Positions 23,680 through 36,666 are shown, counted from the first letter of the whole stretch. The stretch: DNA of 63,437 nt, filler included, from Chiloscyllium plagiosum (GCF_004010195.1; 7 parts of one record of this genome joined end to end with filler, not necessarily neighbours in it); one strand, 5' to 3'. Notes: generated by a model not told the origin, from the letters alone. Program-made: numbers and translations.

Positions 23680-25780
23680 AAGACCATAAGATGTAAAGGC
23701 AGAATTAGGCCATTTGGCCCATTGAGTCTGGTTCCAACATTCAATCATGGCTGAAATGTTTCTCAGTTCCATTGTCCTGCTTTTGCCCCATAGCCCTTGA
23801 TTCCCTTAACAATCAAGAACCTATCTATGTCTGTCTTAAATGCACTTGTGACTTAGCTCCCACAGCTTTATGCAGCAGTGAATCACCACTGGCTAATAAG
23901 ATTTATCCTCTTTTGAGTTCAAAAGAGTCATTCTTTCACTGAGGCTGTCTCTTCAGGTCCTAGTCTCTCCTCTTAGTGGAAACACCATCTCCATGTCCAC
24001 TCTAACCAGGCCTCTCAGTATTTTGTAAGTTTTAGTCAGATCCTCCTCTTCATCCTTCTAGATTCCATTCAGTTCAGACTCTGCGTGTTCAACTACTCCT
24101 CATATTACAAGCACTTCATCCATAGGATCATTCTTGGAAACTTTGTTGGATACCCTCCAACCCTAGAAAATCCTTCCTTAGATACGGGGCCCAAAACTGA
24201 TCACACTATTCCAAATGCAGTCTGTCCAGAGCATTATACAGCTTTGGTAATACATTTCTGCTTTTCTGTTCCAACCCTCTTGAAATGAATGCAAACATTA
24301 CATTTCCTTCCTAACCACCAATTGAACCTGCATGTTAACCTCCAGAGTATCCGGAACTAGGACTCCCAAGTCCCTCTGTGCTTCAGATTTTTGAAGCCTT
24401 TCCCCTTTTTAGAGTCTATGCCTCGACTTTTCCCACCAAAGTGCATAACCTCACACTTTGCCATATTGGTATTCCAAATGCCACTTCTTTGCCCACTCAT
24501 CTAGCCAAGTCGCTCTACCCGCTTCCTCCACACTTAGATTAGATTAGATTCCCTTCATTATGGAAACAGGCCCTTCGGCCCAACAAGTCCACACCGACCC
24601 TGTGTCCAGTAACCCACCCAGATCCATTACCCTACTTTGGACAATTTAGCACAGCCAATTCACCTAACCTGCATATCTTTGGATTGTGGGAGGAAACCGG
24701 AGCACCCAGAGGTGTTTCTTCGCCCGGAGAAAACCCACCCATGTGCAAATTCCACACAGACAGTCGCCTGAGGCAGGAATCAAACCCGGGACCCTGGCGC
24801 TGTGAGGCAGCAGTGCTAACCACTGAGCCACTGTGCCACCTTGTCCCTCCACCTCTCTTTGTGTTAGCAACAAACGTAGCAGCAATGCCCTCCGTTCCTT
24901 CACCCAGGTCGTTAATGTATAATATGAATAGTTGTGGTCCCAACATGGACATTGGCAACTAGCGACTAATGGAATTTTGCATACTGAAAAAGACCCCCTT
25001 TGTCCTCTGCTTTCTGCCAGTCAGCCAATGATCTAACCATGCCAGAACCTTGGCCCTCACACCACGGCTCTTATTTTGTTTAGCAGCTTCCTGTGCAGCA
25101 CCTTGTCAAAGGCCACCTGGAAATCCAAATCTATTGGCCCTCCTTTGTCTAACTTGTGTTAAATGTGTTAGGAATTTGAATGGTAGAGAAAATTAGTAAG
25201 GAGGATGCAGGACAACAGAAACTGAGGTTGTTCATGACGTTGGTGAGGCCTCTTCTGGAGTGCACCGTCCAGTTCTGGTTGCCCTGCTGCTATAAGAAGG
25301 ATATTATCCAGCTGGAGAGGATTCAGAAAGGATTTACCAGAGTATAGACAGGAATGGAAGATTTGAGTTTCTGGAGAGGCTGAATACTCTGGGTCTTTTT
25401 TCACTGGAGCATAGGAGGTTGAGGGGTGACCTGAAAGAGTTCTTTTTAAATCATGAAGGGTACAGATAAGGTGAATGGCAGATGTCTTTTCCCTAGGGTG
25501 GGGGATTTCAAGCCAAGGGGGCATACGTTTAAGGTGTGAGAATAAAGATTTAAAAAGGGCATGAAGAGCACCTTTTTTGACAGAGTGGTTCGTGTGGGGA
25601 ATGAACTTCCAGAGGAAGTGGTGGATGCAGGTACAGTTACAATATTTAAAAGACATTTGAATAAGTATATGAATAAGAGAGGTTTGGAGGGATATAGGCC
25701 AGGCGCAGGCAGGTGGGGCTAGTTTAGTTTTGATTGGTTGGACCGAAGGGTCTGTTTCCGTGCTGTATGACTCTTTATGA
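23680..25780. mobile_element. CR1 fragments (- 23680-25160; + 25165-25780)
   Basis: CR1 3' UTRs and RT remnants (GPQLFILYINDL; LVRPLLECTVQFW). Confidence 0.75.
24535..24842 (-). mobile_element. HE1/V-SINE-like tRNA-derived SINE
   Basis: Reverse complement reads ggtggcacagtggctcagtggttagcactgctgcctcacagcgccagggtcccgggtttgattcc (tRNA A/B boxes), then the V-domain-like tgtgtggaatttgcac...gggtgctccggtttcctcccaca and an (AATCT)n tail. Confidence 0.88.
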
Positions 25781-26631
25781 TAAAGAAGTGAGTACATAAA
25801 GGGATCTTTGCTCCCTTTTGAGGATTAGACAAGAGAATTAATAATGAGAAACAAGGGAATGGCAGAGAATTTACACAAATCATTTGTATCTGTCTACACC
25901 GTTGAACCATAGAAATGTTATTGCCCATGCCAAGGCCATTTAGCTTATTGTGATAGTAGTAATCATAGTAACCATCACCAGGGGAGACATGAAGCATCAT
26001 AAGAAGAATATGAAATCAAGAAGCAGAAAGGAGCGAAGAACTTAAAACAACAGTATAAATAGACAAATTAGTCAGAAAATATGCTGTGCACCCTTTTGGT
26101 CTTAAAAGAATTAGCTGCAGACTTTTTTGTTTCATTCAGAGGGTAGAGGGATTTCTGTACCAGAGGACTGCTGGGGCTGGGTCATTAAGTACATTCAAGA
26201 TTGAGACAGACCGAATTCTAATTACTAAGCGGCTCAAAAGATGATAGGGAAGGCAGGAACATGGAGTTGGATATGATCATATCAGCCAATGGCACAGCAA
26301 AACTCATTGGCCAAATGGCCTCCTCCTTCCCCTACATCTTATGGTTTTATGATGGGTTGGTCTTAATTTCCCTTCATCCAGGAATGGTCCTGAGGACTAG
26401 AAATCACAAAGGTGAGATAAAGAAAGCAAATTGAGTTAGTCCGACCCTGGTCTTGGGAAAATGTCAGAATGCATTTTTAAGGAAGTTGTAGCTTACAACA
26501 ATCAGGCAGAGTCAGCATGGTTTTGTGAAAAGCAAGTCATCTTAGAAAAATTTATCGGAACTCTTTGAGGGTATAGCAAGGTGGAGTGGATAAAGCAGAG
26601 CCAGCAAATGTAGTTAATCTGGGTTTCCATA

Positions 26632-26930
26632 AGTGGCTCAGTGGTTAGCACTGCTGCCTCACAGCTCCAGGGACCTGAGTTCAATTCCCACCTCAGGCAA
26701 CTGTCTATGTGGAGTTTGCACATTCTCCCTGTGTTTGCGTGGGTTTCCTCCGGGTGCTCCGGTTTCCTCCCACAGTCCAAAGATGTGCAGGTTAGGTGAA
26801 TTGGCCATGCTAAATTGCCCGTAGTGTTAGGGGAATGGGTCTGGGTGGATTGCTCTTCGGAGGGTCAGTGTGGACTTGTTGGGCCAGAGGGCCTGTTTCC
26901 ATACTGTAGGGAATCTGATCTGATCTGATT
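26632..26930 (+). mobile_element. HE1/V-SINE-like SINE
   Basis: agtggctcagtggttagcactgctgcctcacag...ggagtttgcacattctccctgtg...gggtgctccggtttcctcccacagtccaaagatgtgcagg, with an (ATCTG)n tail. Confidence 0.9.
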
Positions 26931-26979
26931 CCGTCAGGTTGCTGAGGGAAGTAAGAGAGGAAATAGCTGGGACCATAAC

Positions 26980-28010
26980 TGGGGGACTTTAACTTTCCAG
27001 ATATTGACTGGGAAAGCTAGAGCTCGAGTTCGTTAGATGGGTCGGTGTTTGTCCAATGTGTGCAGGAGGGTTTCCTGACACAATATGTAGACAGGCAAAC
27101 AAGAGGTGAGGCCATACTGGATTTGGTTCTGGGTAACGAACCAAATCCAGTATGGCCTCACCTCTTGTTGGACTGTCTACATATTGTGTCAGGAAACTCT
27201 CCTACACACATTGAACAAACACTGACCCATCTAACGAACTTGAGCTATAGCTTTCCCAATCAATATCAGGAAAGTTAAAGTCCCCCATAACAACCACCCT
27301 ATTACTGTCACTCATCTCCTGAATCACCTTCCCAATCCTTTCTTCAATGATTCTAGGACTATTAGGAGGCCTGTAAAAGACTCCTAACAGGGTGACCCCA
27401 CCTTTCCTATTCCTAACCTCAGCCCAAACTACCTCAGATGGCAAGTCCTCATCCAACGTCCTTTCCACCACTGTAATACTATCTTTGACAAGCAATGCCA
27501 CACCTCCCCCTCTTTTACCCCCACCTCTGACCCTACTAAAACATTTAAATCCAGGAACCTGCAACAGCCAATCCTGTCCCTGTTCTAGCCATGTCTCCGT
27601 AAGAGCCACAACATCGAAGTCCCAGGTACCAACCCACACTGCAAGTTCACCTACCTTATTTCGTATACTTCTTGCATTGAAGTATACACACCTCAAGCCA
27701 CTTCCCTGTTTACAGGCACCCTCCTTGGAAATTGATGCCATGTTCCTAACCTCCCGACACTCCAGGCCCTGTACCCTGAAGCTACAATCTGGGTTCCCAT
27801 ACCCCCAGTAGTAGGGGCGTGGAATGCACTGCCTCAACAGTAGTAGACTTGCCAACTTTAAGGACATTTAAATGGGCATTGGACATACATGTGGATAATA
27901 ACGGAACAGCGTGGATTAAATGGGCATCAGATTAATTTCACAGGTTGCCGCAACATGGAGAGCTGAAAGGCCTGTACTGTGCTGTAATGTTCTACGTTCT
28001 ATGTTTCATT
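26980..28010. mobile_element. Rearranged CR1: APE endonuclease segment (- 27143-27810) with inverted duplication and a + strand 3' tail
   Basis: Open minus ORF LRCVYFNARSIRNK..DVVALTETWL..GGGVALLVKD..GVFYRPPN..VVMGDFNFPDIDW. Segment 26980-27143 is its inverted counterpart. Confidence 0.85.
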
Positions 28011-28826
28011 AAATTTAATTTTGATTCTGCTATTTACCATCTGTAATGTGTGACAATATTATGGCTTTAAGAGATGCATTTTGTGCTGGTTTTTTTTATG
28101 AAGGAAGGTTGAGACAGAGGTGGTGACCTGTGTACTCCAAAGCCAAATTTCTGTTTTTGATTTACAGCATCTACAATTCTTTCAGCCTTTATAAAGTAAA
28201 CAGCTTGTGAGATCTTGGTGTTTTTATTAAAGCTGGAACAATAGAAGCAGCCTGAATGGGTGTGGTAAAGCTCTCANNNNNNNNNNNNNNNNNNNNNNNN
28301 NNNNNNNNNNNNNNNNNNNNNNNNNNNNNNNNNNNNNNNNNNNNNNNNNNNNNNNNNNNNNNNNNNNNNNNNNNNNNNNNNNNNNNNNNNNNNNNNNNNN
28401 NNNNNNNNNNNNNNNNNNNNNNNNNNNNNNNNNNNNNNNNNNNNNNNNNNNNNNNNNNNNNNNNNNNNNNNNNNNNNNNNNNNNNNNNNNNNNNNNNNNN
28501 NNNNNNNNNNNNNNNNNNNNNNNNNNNNNNNNNNNNNNNNNNNNNNNNNNNNNNNNNNNNNNNNNNNNNNNNNNNNNNNNNNNNNNNNNNNNNNNNNNNN
28601 NNNNNNNNNNNNNNNNNNNNNNNNNNNNNNNNNNNNNNNNNNNNNNNNNNNNNNNNNNNNNNNNNNNNNNNNNNNNNNNNNNNNNNNNNNNNNNNNNNNN
28701 NNNNNNNNNNNNNNNNNNNNNNNNNNNNNNNNNNNNNNNNNNNNNNNNNNNNNNNNNNNNNNNNNNNNNNNNNNNNNNNNNNNNNNNNNNNNNNNNNNNN
28801 NNNNNNNNNNNNNNNNNNNNNNNNNN

Positions 28827-29735
28827 ATGACTTAGATGAGGGAGTTGAAGGGTGGGTCAGTAAATTTGCAGATGATACGAAGATAGGTGGAGTTGTGGAC
28901 AGTGAGGAGGGCTGTGGCAGGTTACAGCAGGATATAGAGAAGCTGCAGAGCTGGGCAGAAAGGTGGCAAATGGAATTCAATGTAGCTAAGTGTGAGGTGA
29001 TTCACTTTGGGAAGAATAACAAAAAGATGGGGTACTGGGCTAATGGTCGGGTACTTGGTAGTGTGGATGAGCAGAGGGATCTTGGTGTCCATGTACACAG
29101 ATCTCTGAAAGTTGCCACCCAGGTAAATAGTGCGGTGAGGAAGGCATATGGCGTACTGGCTTTTATTGGTAGAGGAATTGAGTTCCGGAACCCTGAGGTC
29201 ATGTTGCAGTTTTATAAGACTCTGGTGCAGCCTCATCTGGAGTATTGTGTGCAGTTTTGGTCGCCATATTATAGGAAGGATGTGGAGGCACTGGAGCGGG
29301 TGCAGAGGAGGTTTACCAGGATGTTGCCTAGTATGGTAGGAAGATCGTATGAGGAAAGGCTGAGGCACTTGGGGCTGTTTTCATTGGAGAAAAGAAGGTT
29401 TAGGGGTGTACAAGATAATTAGAGGTTTAGATAGGGTTGACCATGAGAACCTTTTTCCACGTATGGAGTCGGCTATTACGAGGGGGCGTAGCTTTAAATT
29501 AAGGGGTGGTAGGTATAGGACAGATGTTAGGGGTAGATTCTTTACTCAGCGAGTCGTGAGTTCATGGAATGTCCTGCCAGTAGCAGTGGTGGACTCGCCC
29601 ACTTCATGGGCATTTAAATGGGCATTGGATAGGCATATGGAGGATAGTGGGCTAGTGTAGGTTAGGTGGGCTTGGACCGGCGCAACATTGAGGGCCAAAG
29701 GGCCTGTACTGCGCTGTATTTTTCTATGTTCTATG
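28827..29735 (+). mobile_element. Young CR1 RT C-terminus and 3' UTR
   Basis: Open frame [51 protein letters not shown]. Ends in TTCTATG repeats. Confidence 0.93.
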
Positions 29736-30329
29736 GTACAGTTGGTGTCCTTCAATATGGAGGACTACGTTATGCTAGATCAAACACGTTACACTAGAAC
29801 ATGCTAAACCAGGTTGTTAAAGATTCTGTGATAGACTGACATGAGAACGTGTACATCAACACCCGAAGGGGATAGATTAGTCCTTATCTAATGTGGCTAT
29901 CAATTCGAGCCTGATAGATCTGATTATCGCATATTAGCAGCATTTAATATTAATGAATAGTAAATAGTGTTGCTGTGATGCCCAAGCCTGAACATGGTTC
30001 TTGGACTTTGCCTTTTTCCTGACCAGTCTGTCTCAAACCCAAACTCATTGTGTGGCATCAAATCATATGATAGAAGACCTTGTGGCAGGTGGTGAGAGAA
30101 CTGGTGTGAAGGAGGAAACTTTTCGATCTTATCAGTCCCAAGATACACCTGTGTCCTGTGGTTAAAGGCAGGAGTGACTACTCACCAGCCCTCGTGGGGA
30201 CCAGTTTTCAAACTGAGGACACCATGCCTTGTTTTGGAGCCTTACTAAATCAGATAATTTAATATAGTTACTCAAGTCTGCTGTCAGCGGTAGCAGATTC
30301 TATCCCATCTGTTTCCTCCTGGTCGGACA

Positions 30330-30650
30330 GGGGAGGTGATGGTATTATCACTGGACTATTAATCCAGAGAACCAGTTGTGGGGACACAGCTTTGAATCCT
30401 ACCATAGCAGATGGTGGAATCTGAATTAAATAAAAATCTGAAATTACCAGTCTAATGATGACCATTGCTGATTGTCAGAAAAGCCTGTTTGGTTCACTGA
30501 TATCCATTACGGAAGGAAACCTTACCTGGTCTGGCATACATGTGATTCCAAACCCACAACATGTGACTGACTCTTAACTGTCCTTTGGGCAATTAAGGAT
30601 GGGCAATAAATGCTTGGCTGAGCCAGTGATACCCTCCTCCCTCGAATGAA
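30330..30650 (+). mobile_element. Second SINE family (other copies: - ~30885-31172, - ~14925-15035 partial, + ~61675-62010)
   Basis: Recurrent sequence ggtattatcactggactattaatccagag...ggaaggaaac..cttacctggtctggc.tacatgtgactcca...gggcaattagggatgggcaataaatgc found in four places. Confidence 0.75.
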
Positions 30651-31365
30651 AACAACCCCTCCATTCAGATAAATGACAAAACATGGGGGACTGAAAATAG
30701 GAAAGCAAGCAGAGAAATGTTGGAAAAACAAAATATTTCCCCATATGCACTGACTAACGAAAAACAGGCAAATCGGATGGAATCAGTTACAGCCAAACAA
30801 CTTGCTTCCAGTTCAATGAAAAGCCAATGGACTCAAAACGTGGACTCTGCTTTCTTCTCAAAAACAAAGCTTCCATACTGTTTTCTTTAATTCATTCACG
30901 GGATGAGGGCGTCACTGTCTAGGCCAGCATTTATTGTCCAGACAGCAGTTAAAAATTGACCAGATTGCTGTGGGTCTGGAGTCACATATAGGCCAGACCA
31001 GGTAAGGATGGCAGATTCCTTCCCTAAAGGACACTAGTGAACCAAACAATTGACATTGGATTAATAGTGATCATGAGGCTGCTAATTTCTGGGTTAATTT
31101 TATTAATCCTGGGTCCCTTAATATGGGTCTCTGGATTAACAGGCAAGTGATAATACCACCAGGCTGTTGCCTCCTGCTAAGTTTTTCTGGAATTTCTATT
31201 TTTGTCTCATTTGTTCCTAGTAATGGGAGGTTCCAGTAGCAGCCCTGCTGAGTGAACAATAACTCACCAAATAATACTGTGTTTGGACTTTATAAAGATG
31301 CCCTGGCTCTAGCCTCCTTAGAACCTTGGTCCGAAAGCAGACAGCTGAATTCCAGAGGGAGCCAA

Positions 31366-31685
31366 ATAGAATAGAATCCCTATAATGTGAAAGCAGGCCA
31401 TTTGGCTCATTGAGTCCACGCCAACCCTCTGAACCTTACTTTATCCGTGTAACCCTGCATTTCCCATGGCTAATCCACCTAGCCTGCACGTTCCTGGACA
31501 ATATGGGCAATTTAGCTTGACCAATTCACCTAACCTGCACATTTTCAGACTGTGAGGAAACCGGAGCAAACGCACGTAGACATGGGGAGAATGTGCGAAC
31601 TCCATACAAACTAATCACCTGAGGGTGGAATTGAACCCAGGTCGCCAGCGCTCTGAGGGCAGCAGTGCTAACCACTGAGCCGCAT
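31366..31685 (-). mobile_element. HE1/V-SINE-like SINE
   Basis: gcagcagtgctaaccactgagcc head on the minus strand, V-domain-like body, (AATAG)n tail. Confidence 0.85.
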
Positions 31686-32355
31686 GCTGATAGGAAGGGT
31701 AATGAACACAGTCCGATCACACCATTGCAGCCACAGGAAGCTCCAGATGGGCCGGTCTTGATCGCGCCTTGACCTGACCCCCCCCCCCCACACAGGCCCG
31801 TGCCAGCCACAGAGCTCATAATGAGCACAGCTCAAACACCATTTATTTTTATTTCGAGATGGTGCAGGGGAGGATGGTGAGTGCACAGTGAGATCTCCCT
31901 GCTCTTGAACTGAAATCCTCTCAAAATGAGGACCACCATACCGTTTGTCTTCCTAACTGCTTGCTGCACGTGTGCACTTGCTCTCAGTGACTGGGTTTAA
32001 AGGTTACCAGATCCTATTGTTTTGAGCTTTCAGGCTGATGAGATGGTGCCAGATTATGAGTCAAAGGCTCATCCTGGTGATTATCTGGTCCAGGGTTTAA
32101 TCCACAAGCAGTCTTGCCTTGCTTACCGATACGCCCATCTAATGCTTTATTACCAGTGCATGACCAGACACAGGAAAAAAGCTTCCAATAAGACGTTCTT
32201 GTTGCCATTAAACCTGGGAAACCAGGAATGACCATTTCCTATTGGACTGATACCAAACTGCTTGGCACTCCACCTGGGCGATGTTCCTGTGGGTTGTGAG
32301 TCTGTGCTTGAACTCTTCCCTCTAAATGAGCTTTAACAGCTGTGATTTCCTCCAG

Positions 32356-32497
32356 CGAAACCATCCCTGACGAGTTGCTGTTGAAAGCCAAGCAAGATGG
32401 CTTCTCCGACCGGCAGATTGGAAACTGTATCGGCCTGACTGAACTCGATGCAAGGAAGCTGAGGACACAGAAGAACATTAAACCACAGATTAAACAG
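32356..32497 (+). CDS. CPS1: CPS1/CPS III internal exon, 142 bp
   Basis: tttcctccAG| (S)ETIPDELLLKAKQDGFSDRQIGNCIGLTELDARKLRTQKNIKPQIKQ |GTTAGT. Has the AK..GFSD.QI motif and is phase-compatible with the previous exon. Confidence 0.95.
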
Positions 32498-33297
32498 GTT
32501 AGTCACTGTGCTTCAGATGCCTGTAAGGGTGTATTCCCAAGTCATTTCCTGTGCTTCAGTCACCTGTGAATACATTGCAAGGCCAGTCACTGTGTTTCCG
32601 TCACCTGTCGGTGTGTACTCAGAGCTCGGCAACTCTGCTTCCATTGTCTGTGAGTGTAAGTGTGCTGGATTGAAATTGCCACTGGATTTGTGCTGCCTTA
32701 ACAATGACACTGTATGAAGTTTCAAGGAGCTTTTTAATATGAAAAGAGCTGTTTGTCAAGTTATTACTGGAAAGTGAGAGAAGATTTGCCAGAGAGTTAG
32801 CACAGGCAGGATGAACTGAATGGCCCCCTTTGCTGTAAAACTCTGAGGTTACCTTTAGGATAGGGACACTGGACGGTGATATCCCCTCCTTGAATCGTGC
32901 AGAAACATGAGGACAATTCAGTGCTGGCTGATCCAGGCTCAGGGATATACTAGGCCCAATATCCCTCATTTCACCTGGAGATGGAACCCTCAGCCCAAAC
33001 AAATCAGCTAAATTCTAATAGTCATCGAGGATTGACTCATAAACCTGGAGAGAGAAAGGTGGGGAAGAGAGTTTTCACAGGTATGTAAGAAAATAGATGG
33101 CATTTTTTCACAGACATCAGAGATTACAAAAGCGATGAAAGAGCTGAGGAGGGATAAATGAGGAAAAGTCTGAAGATCGAGTGGCTAGTATGGAATGGGG
33201 AACATTATCTTTGAGTACTGGGGACTAAAGGTTTGACCTAAACTCAAGTGAGTTACCTGCTGTGCCATTCACTTGAGTCTGCTCCTTGTCTTTCTAG

Positions 33298-33363
33298 ATT
33301 GATACCCTAGCTGCAGAGTACCCAGCAATCACCAATTACCTCTACTCCACGTACCATGGAGAG
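33298..33363 (+). CDS. CPS1: CPS1/CPS III internal exon, 66 bp
   Basis: gtctttctAG| IDTLAAEYPAITNYLYSTYHGE |GTGAGT. Confidence 0.95.
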
Positions 33364-33449
33364 GTGAGTCTCATTAGTGCAAATCTTTTCTTGAATGGTT
33401 TCTATTGTCTGTTTGGATCAAAAATAGATGAAGGGTGTTTCTGTTTCAG

Positions 33450-33513
33450 GAGCATGACCTGGATTTTAATGACCACGGAATCATGGTGCTGGGATGTGGA
33501 CCTTATCATATTG
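33450..33513 (+). CDS. CPS1: CPS1/CPS III internal exon, 64 bp
   Basis: ttctgtttc[23 protein letters not shown](G) |GTAAAT, after an 86-bp intron. Confidence 0.95.
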
Positions 33514-34009
33514 GTAAATACTTTAAGATAATGTAGGTTGAATCTTATCAGGGTCTGTCTGATGTGGACTGTGGTGGGATGTGTGGCAGAATCAGACAGG
33601 AAGTCCAGCAAGGTGAGTTTCATCATCAAGATCATCTCGCTCTATCTTTTAGATTTACAATGCGCGGCAAGGTGAGATTCTCACAGGCTGTGGCAAGGTG
33701 TTGTTTACTGCTTGTTACACTCCCAACTCACCTCGTTACTATTCAGCCTCTTATCTTACCAATCCCTCTCTTGCTCCTCTGTGCTTTGCCTCCTAAGCCA
33801 GACTCAGGGTACTGCTCCCTTGTATTGTTGTTTAGCACAAAACCAGGAAGCTTGGCAAGTTAAGAGATTAGCGTTCACTCAGGGTTCCCAGCTTAGCAAG
33901 GGTAGGGCAGCCTTCCCAGGGCGGTCAGAGTCCGGATCCCCTCCACATAAAGAGTGAGGAGCTGAATGTCAAGCAGCCTACCATCCATCTTGACCTTCTC
34001 AGCGCCACT

Positions 34010-35477
34010 CGGAACTGGTTTCTTCCAAGAATGAGTGGGAGTCAGGTATTACAAGAGCTAAGAAGTGGATGGTGTAGCTATTACGGTATATGGAGATGGG
34101 GTGGTATTCCGAATGAGACAGTAGGCAGCACAGAAGGCATGCAAAGTTGGTGGTGCCAGAGGTTAGGTGGGTGAGAGCGAGCAGGGAAGATATTGCAGGC
34201 AATAGTGAGTGGGAGAGCTCAAGACTTGAGGATAGAGTAGCAAGATGGTCTAAGTGTGAGATATTAAAGATATTAAATCTGAAGTGACAATATTTCTGTT
34301 GAATAAAGGGAACTATGGAGCTATGAGGGAGGAGCTGGCCAAAGTTCAATGTGCAATATCTTAGCAGGGATGACAGTGTAGGAACAATGGCGGAAATTTC
34401 TGTGTATAATGCAGGATCAGTTCATTCCAAAAAGGAAGAAAGATCCTAGGAGGAGGCATGGGTGGCCCTGGCTGACGAGGAAAGTTAAGAAACATATAAA
34501 GTTAAAAGAGGAAAAAGTATAACATAGCAATGATAAGTGGGAAAATGGAGGACTGGGAAGCTTTTAAAGAACAACAGAGGATTCCTAAGAAGGAAATATG
34601 CAGAGAAAAAATGAGGTACGAAGGTAAACTGGCCAATAATATAAAGGAGGATAGTAAAAGCTATGTGAAAGGCAAAAAAATGGTTAAGACTAAAATTGGG
34701 CCCTTGAAGACAGAAACAGGGGAACAAAGAAATGGCAGAAGAATTGAATTGGTACTTCAGATCTGTGTTCAATGGAGAAGACACAAGCAATCTCCCTGAG
34801 GTAACAGTGGCTGAAGGACTTGAACTGAAGGGAATTTATATTTGCCAGGAATTGGTGTTGGAGAGACTGTTAGGTCTGAAGGTTGATAAGTCCCTGGGGC
34901 CTGATGGGTACTGAAGGAGGTGGCTCGAGAAATCGTGGATGCGTTGGTGATTATTTTCCAGAGTTCGATAGATTCGGGATCAGTTCCTGCGGATTGGAGG
35001 GTGGCTAATGTTGTACCACTTTTTAAGAAAGGTGAGAGAGAGAGATAGCAGGAAAAGTATACACCAGTTAGTCTGACCTCAGTGGTGGGAAAGATGCTGG
35101 AGTCTATTATAAAGGATGAAATTACGACACATCTGGATAGTAGTAACAGGATAGGTCAGAGTCAGCATGGATTTATGAAGGGGAAATCATGCTTGACTAA
35201 TCTTCTGGAATTTTTTGAGGATGTAACTCTGAAGATGGAGGAGGGAGATCCAGTACATGTAGTGTACCTGGACTTTCAGAAAGCCTTTGATAAAGTCCCA
35301 AGTTGGAGGTTAGTGAGCAAACTTAGGGCGCATGGTATTGGGGGCAAAGGACTAACTTGGATTGAAAGTTGGTTGGCTGACAGGAAACAAAAGAGTAGTG
35401 ATAAACGACTCCATTTCGGAATGGCAGGCAGTGACCAATGGGGTACCGCAGGGATCAGTGCTGGGACAGCAGCTTTT
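34010..35477 (+). mobile_element. CR1 ORF2 fragment
   Basis: LANNIKEDSK, DKSLGPDG, SQHGFMKGKSCLTNLLEFFEDVT..VVYLDFQKAFDKVP. Confidence 0.88.
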
Positions 35478-35577
35478 NNNNNNNNNNNNNNNNNNNNNNN
35501 NNNNNNNNNNNNNNNNNNNNNTTAATTAATTAANNNNNNNNNNNNNNNNNNNNNNNNNNNNNNNNNNNNNNNNNNNN

Positions 35578-36140
35578 GCCATACTAGTTGAAACCCTCTC
35601 GAACTACTCGAGCAAACCTTCCACCCAGGACATTGGTCCCCTTCCAGTTCAGATGCAACTCGTCCTTCTTGTACAGGTCCCACCTTCCCCAGAAGGCATC
35701 CCAATTATCTACTAGACTGATATCTGAAAGGAGTGGATTGCCTTATGAGGAAAGGCGAGACAGACCAGGGCTGTATCCTCTGGAGTTTAGAAGTGTCAGA
35801 GGTGACTTAATTGACATGTAAAAGATCCTGGGGGATCTGAACCGAATAGATGTGGAAAATATGTTTCCTTATATGGGAGAATCTAGAACTAAGGGTCATA
35901 AGTTTAAAATTAAAAATCTTAAAGGCACACCTTTAAGACAGAGATGAGGAAACATGTTTTCTCTCAAAGATCACGTATCTTTGGAAGTCCTTTGGATGCC
36001 AGATCTATAAATATTTTTAAGGTATACATAGCTAGATTCTTGATAATCAAGGGGATGAAAGGCTATTGGTATTATGCAGGAATGAGGAGCCGAGGTTAAA
36101 AATCAGATCAGTCATGATCTTATTGAAAAGCAGAACACAG
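35578..36140. mobile_element. CR1 fragments (- ORF1 piece; + 3' end)
   Basis: GLPYEERRDRPGLYPLEFRSVRGDLID and a decayed 3' UTR. Confidence 0.7.
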
Positions 36141-36623
36141 TAAAAAGGTTGAGTTTGTTGTTTGTGTGCTACAGCAGTGCAAACCAGTCTTCATTTTCAT
36201 TGATCTGTTACAGAGTGGCATCAATGAGCTGCAGTGAGGACTAGGAAACCAAACATGGATTAGTTGTAGGATCCAGTCCCACTCCTGGTTCAATCAACTA
36301 ACTCAATGGTAGCTGATGAAGGATTTTGGTCTCTTCGACAATGTAAGAGGCAATGGGAAAATTCTCCTCTTCTTTCTCAGCAGGAGGTGACCATGTTCAC
36401 ATCGATGTTGCAGTCTCAAAAATGGTGATTTCTTACTTTCACTCATGCCCTTGGAGTAGTGGGATATAGGCAAACCCCACCAATCATCACAGATGAATGT
36501 GATCAGGATCTAAGGAAAAACCTAGTTTCTTAATACGTTTAATACTCACAGTTAACCACTTAATTCTATTACAGACATCCACAGAATGCGTCTGCTGATG
36601 TAATTCATGAAATAATTGAATCA

Positions 36624-36666
36624 ATGACAATGAGGATTCTGGATTTTGTTCTGATTTTTATCCTGA
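36624..36666 (+). CDS. Predicted signal-peptide exon of the ADP-ribosyltransferase gene
   Basis: ATG ACA ATG AGG ATT CTG GAT TTT GTT CTG ATT TTT ATC CTG A|GTAAGT (MTMRILDFVLIFIL): consensus donor in phase 1, matching the phase-1 acceptor at 43959. The joined product is MTMRILDFVLIFILRTDA-FINP. Candidate upstream acceptor at 36573-36574. Confidence 0.6.

Noticed and set aside
26632..26700. tRNA genes at SINE heads
   Set aside because: A/B boxes are followed by SINE body and tail, with no complete cloverleaf; they are SINE heads.
32499..32620. Short degenerate repeats (cagtcactgtg..cacctgt) after the 142-bp CPS1 exon
   Set aside because: Only about three poorly conserved units; no evidence of function.
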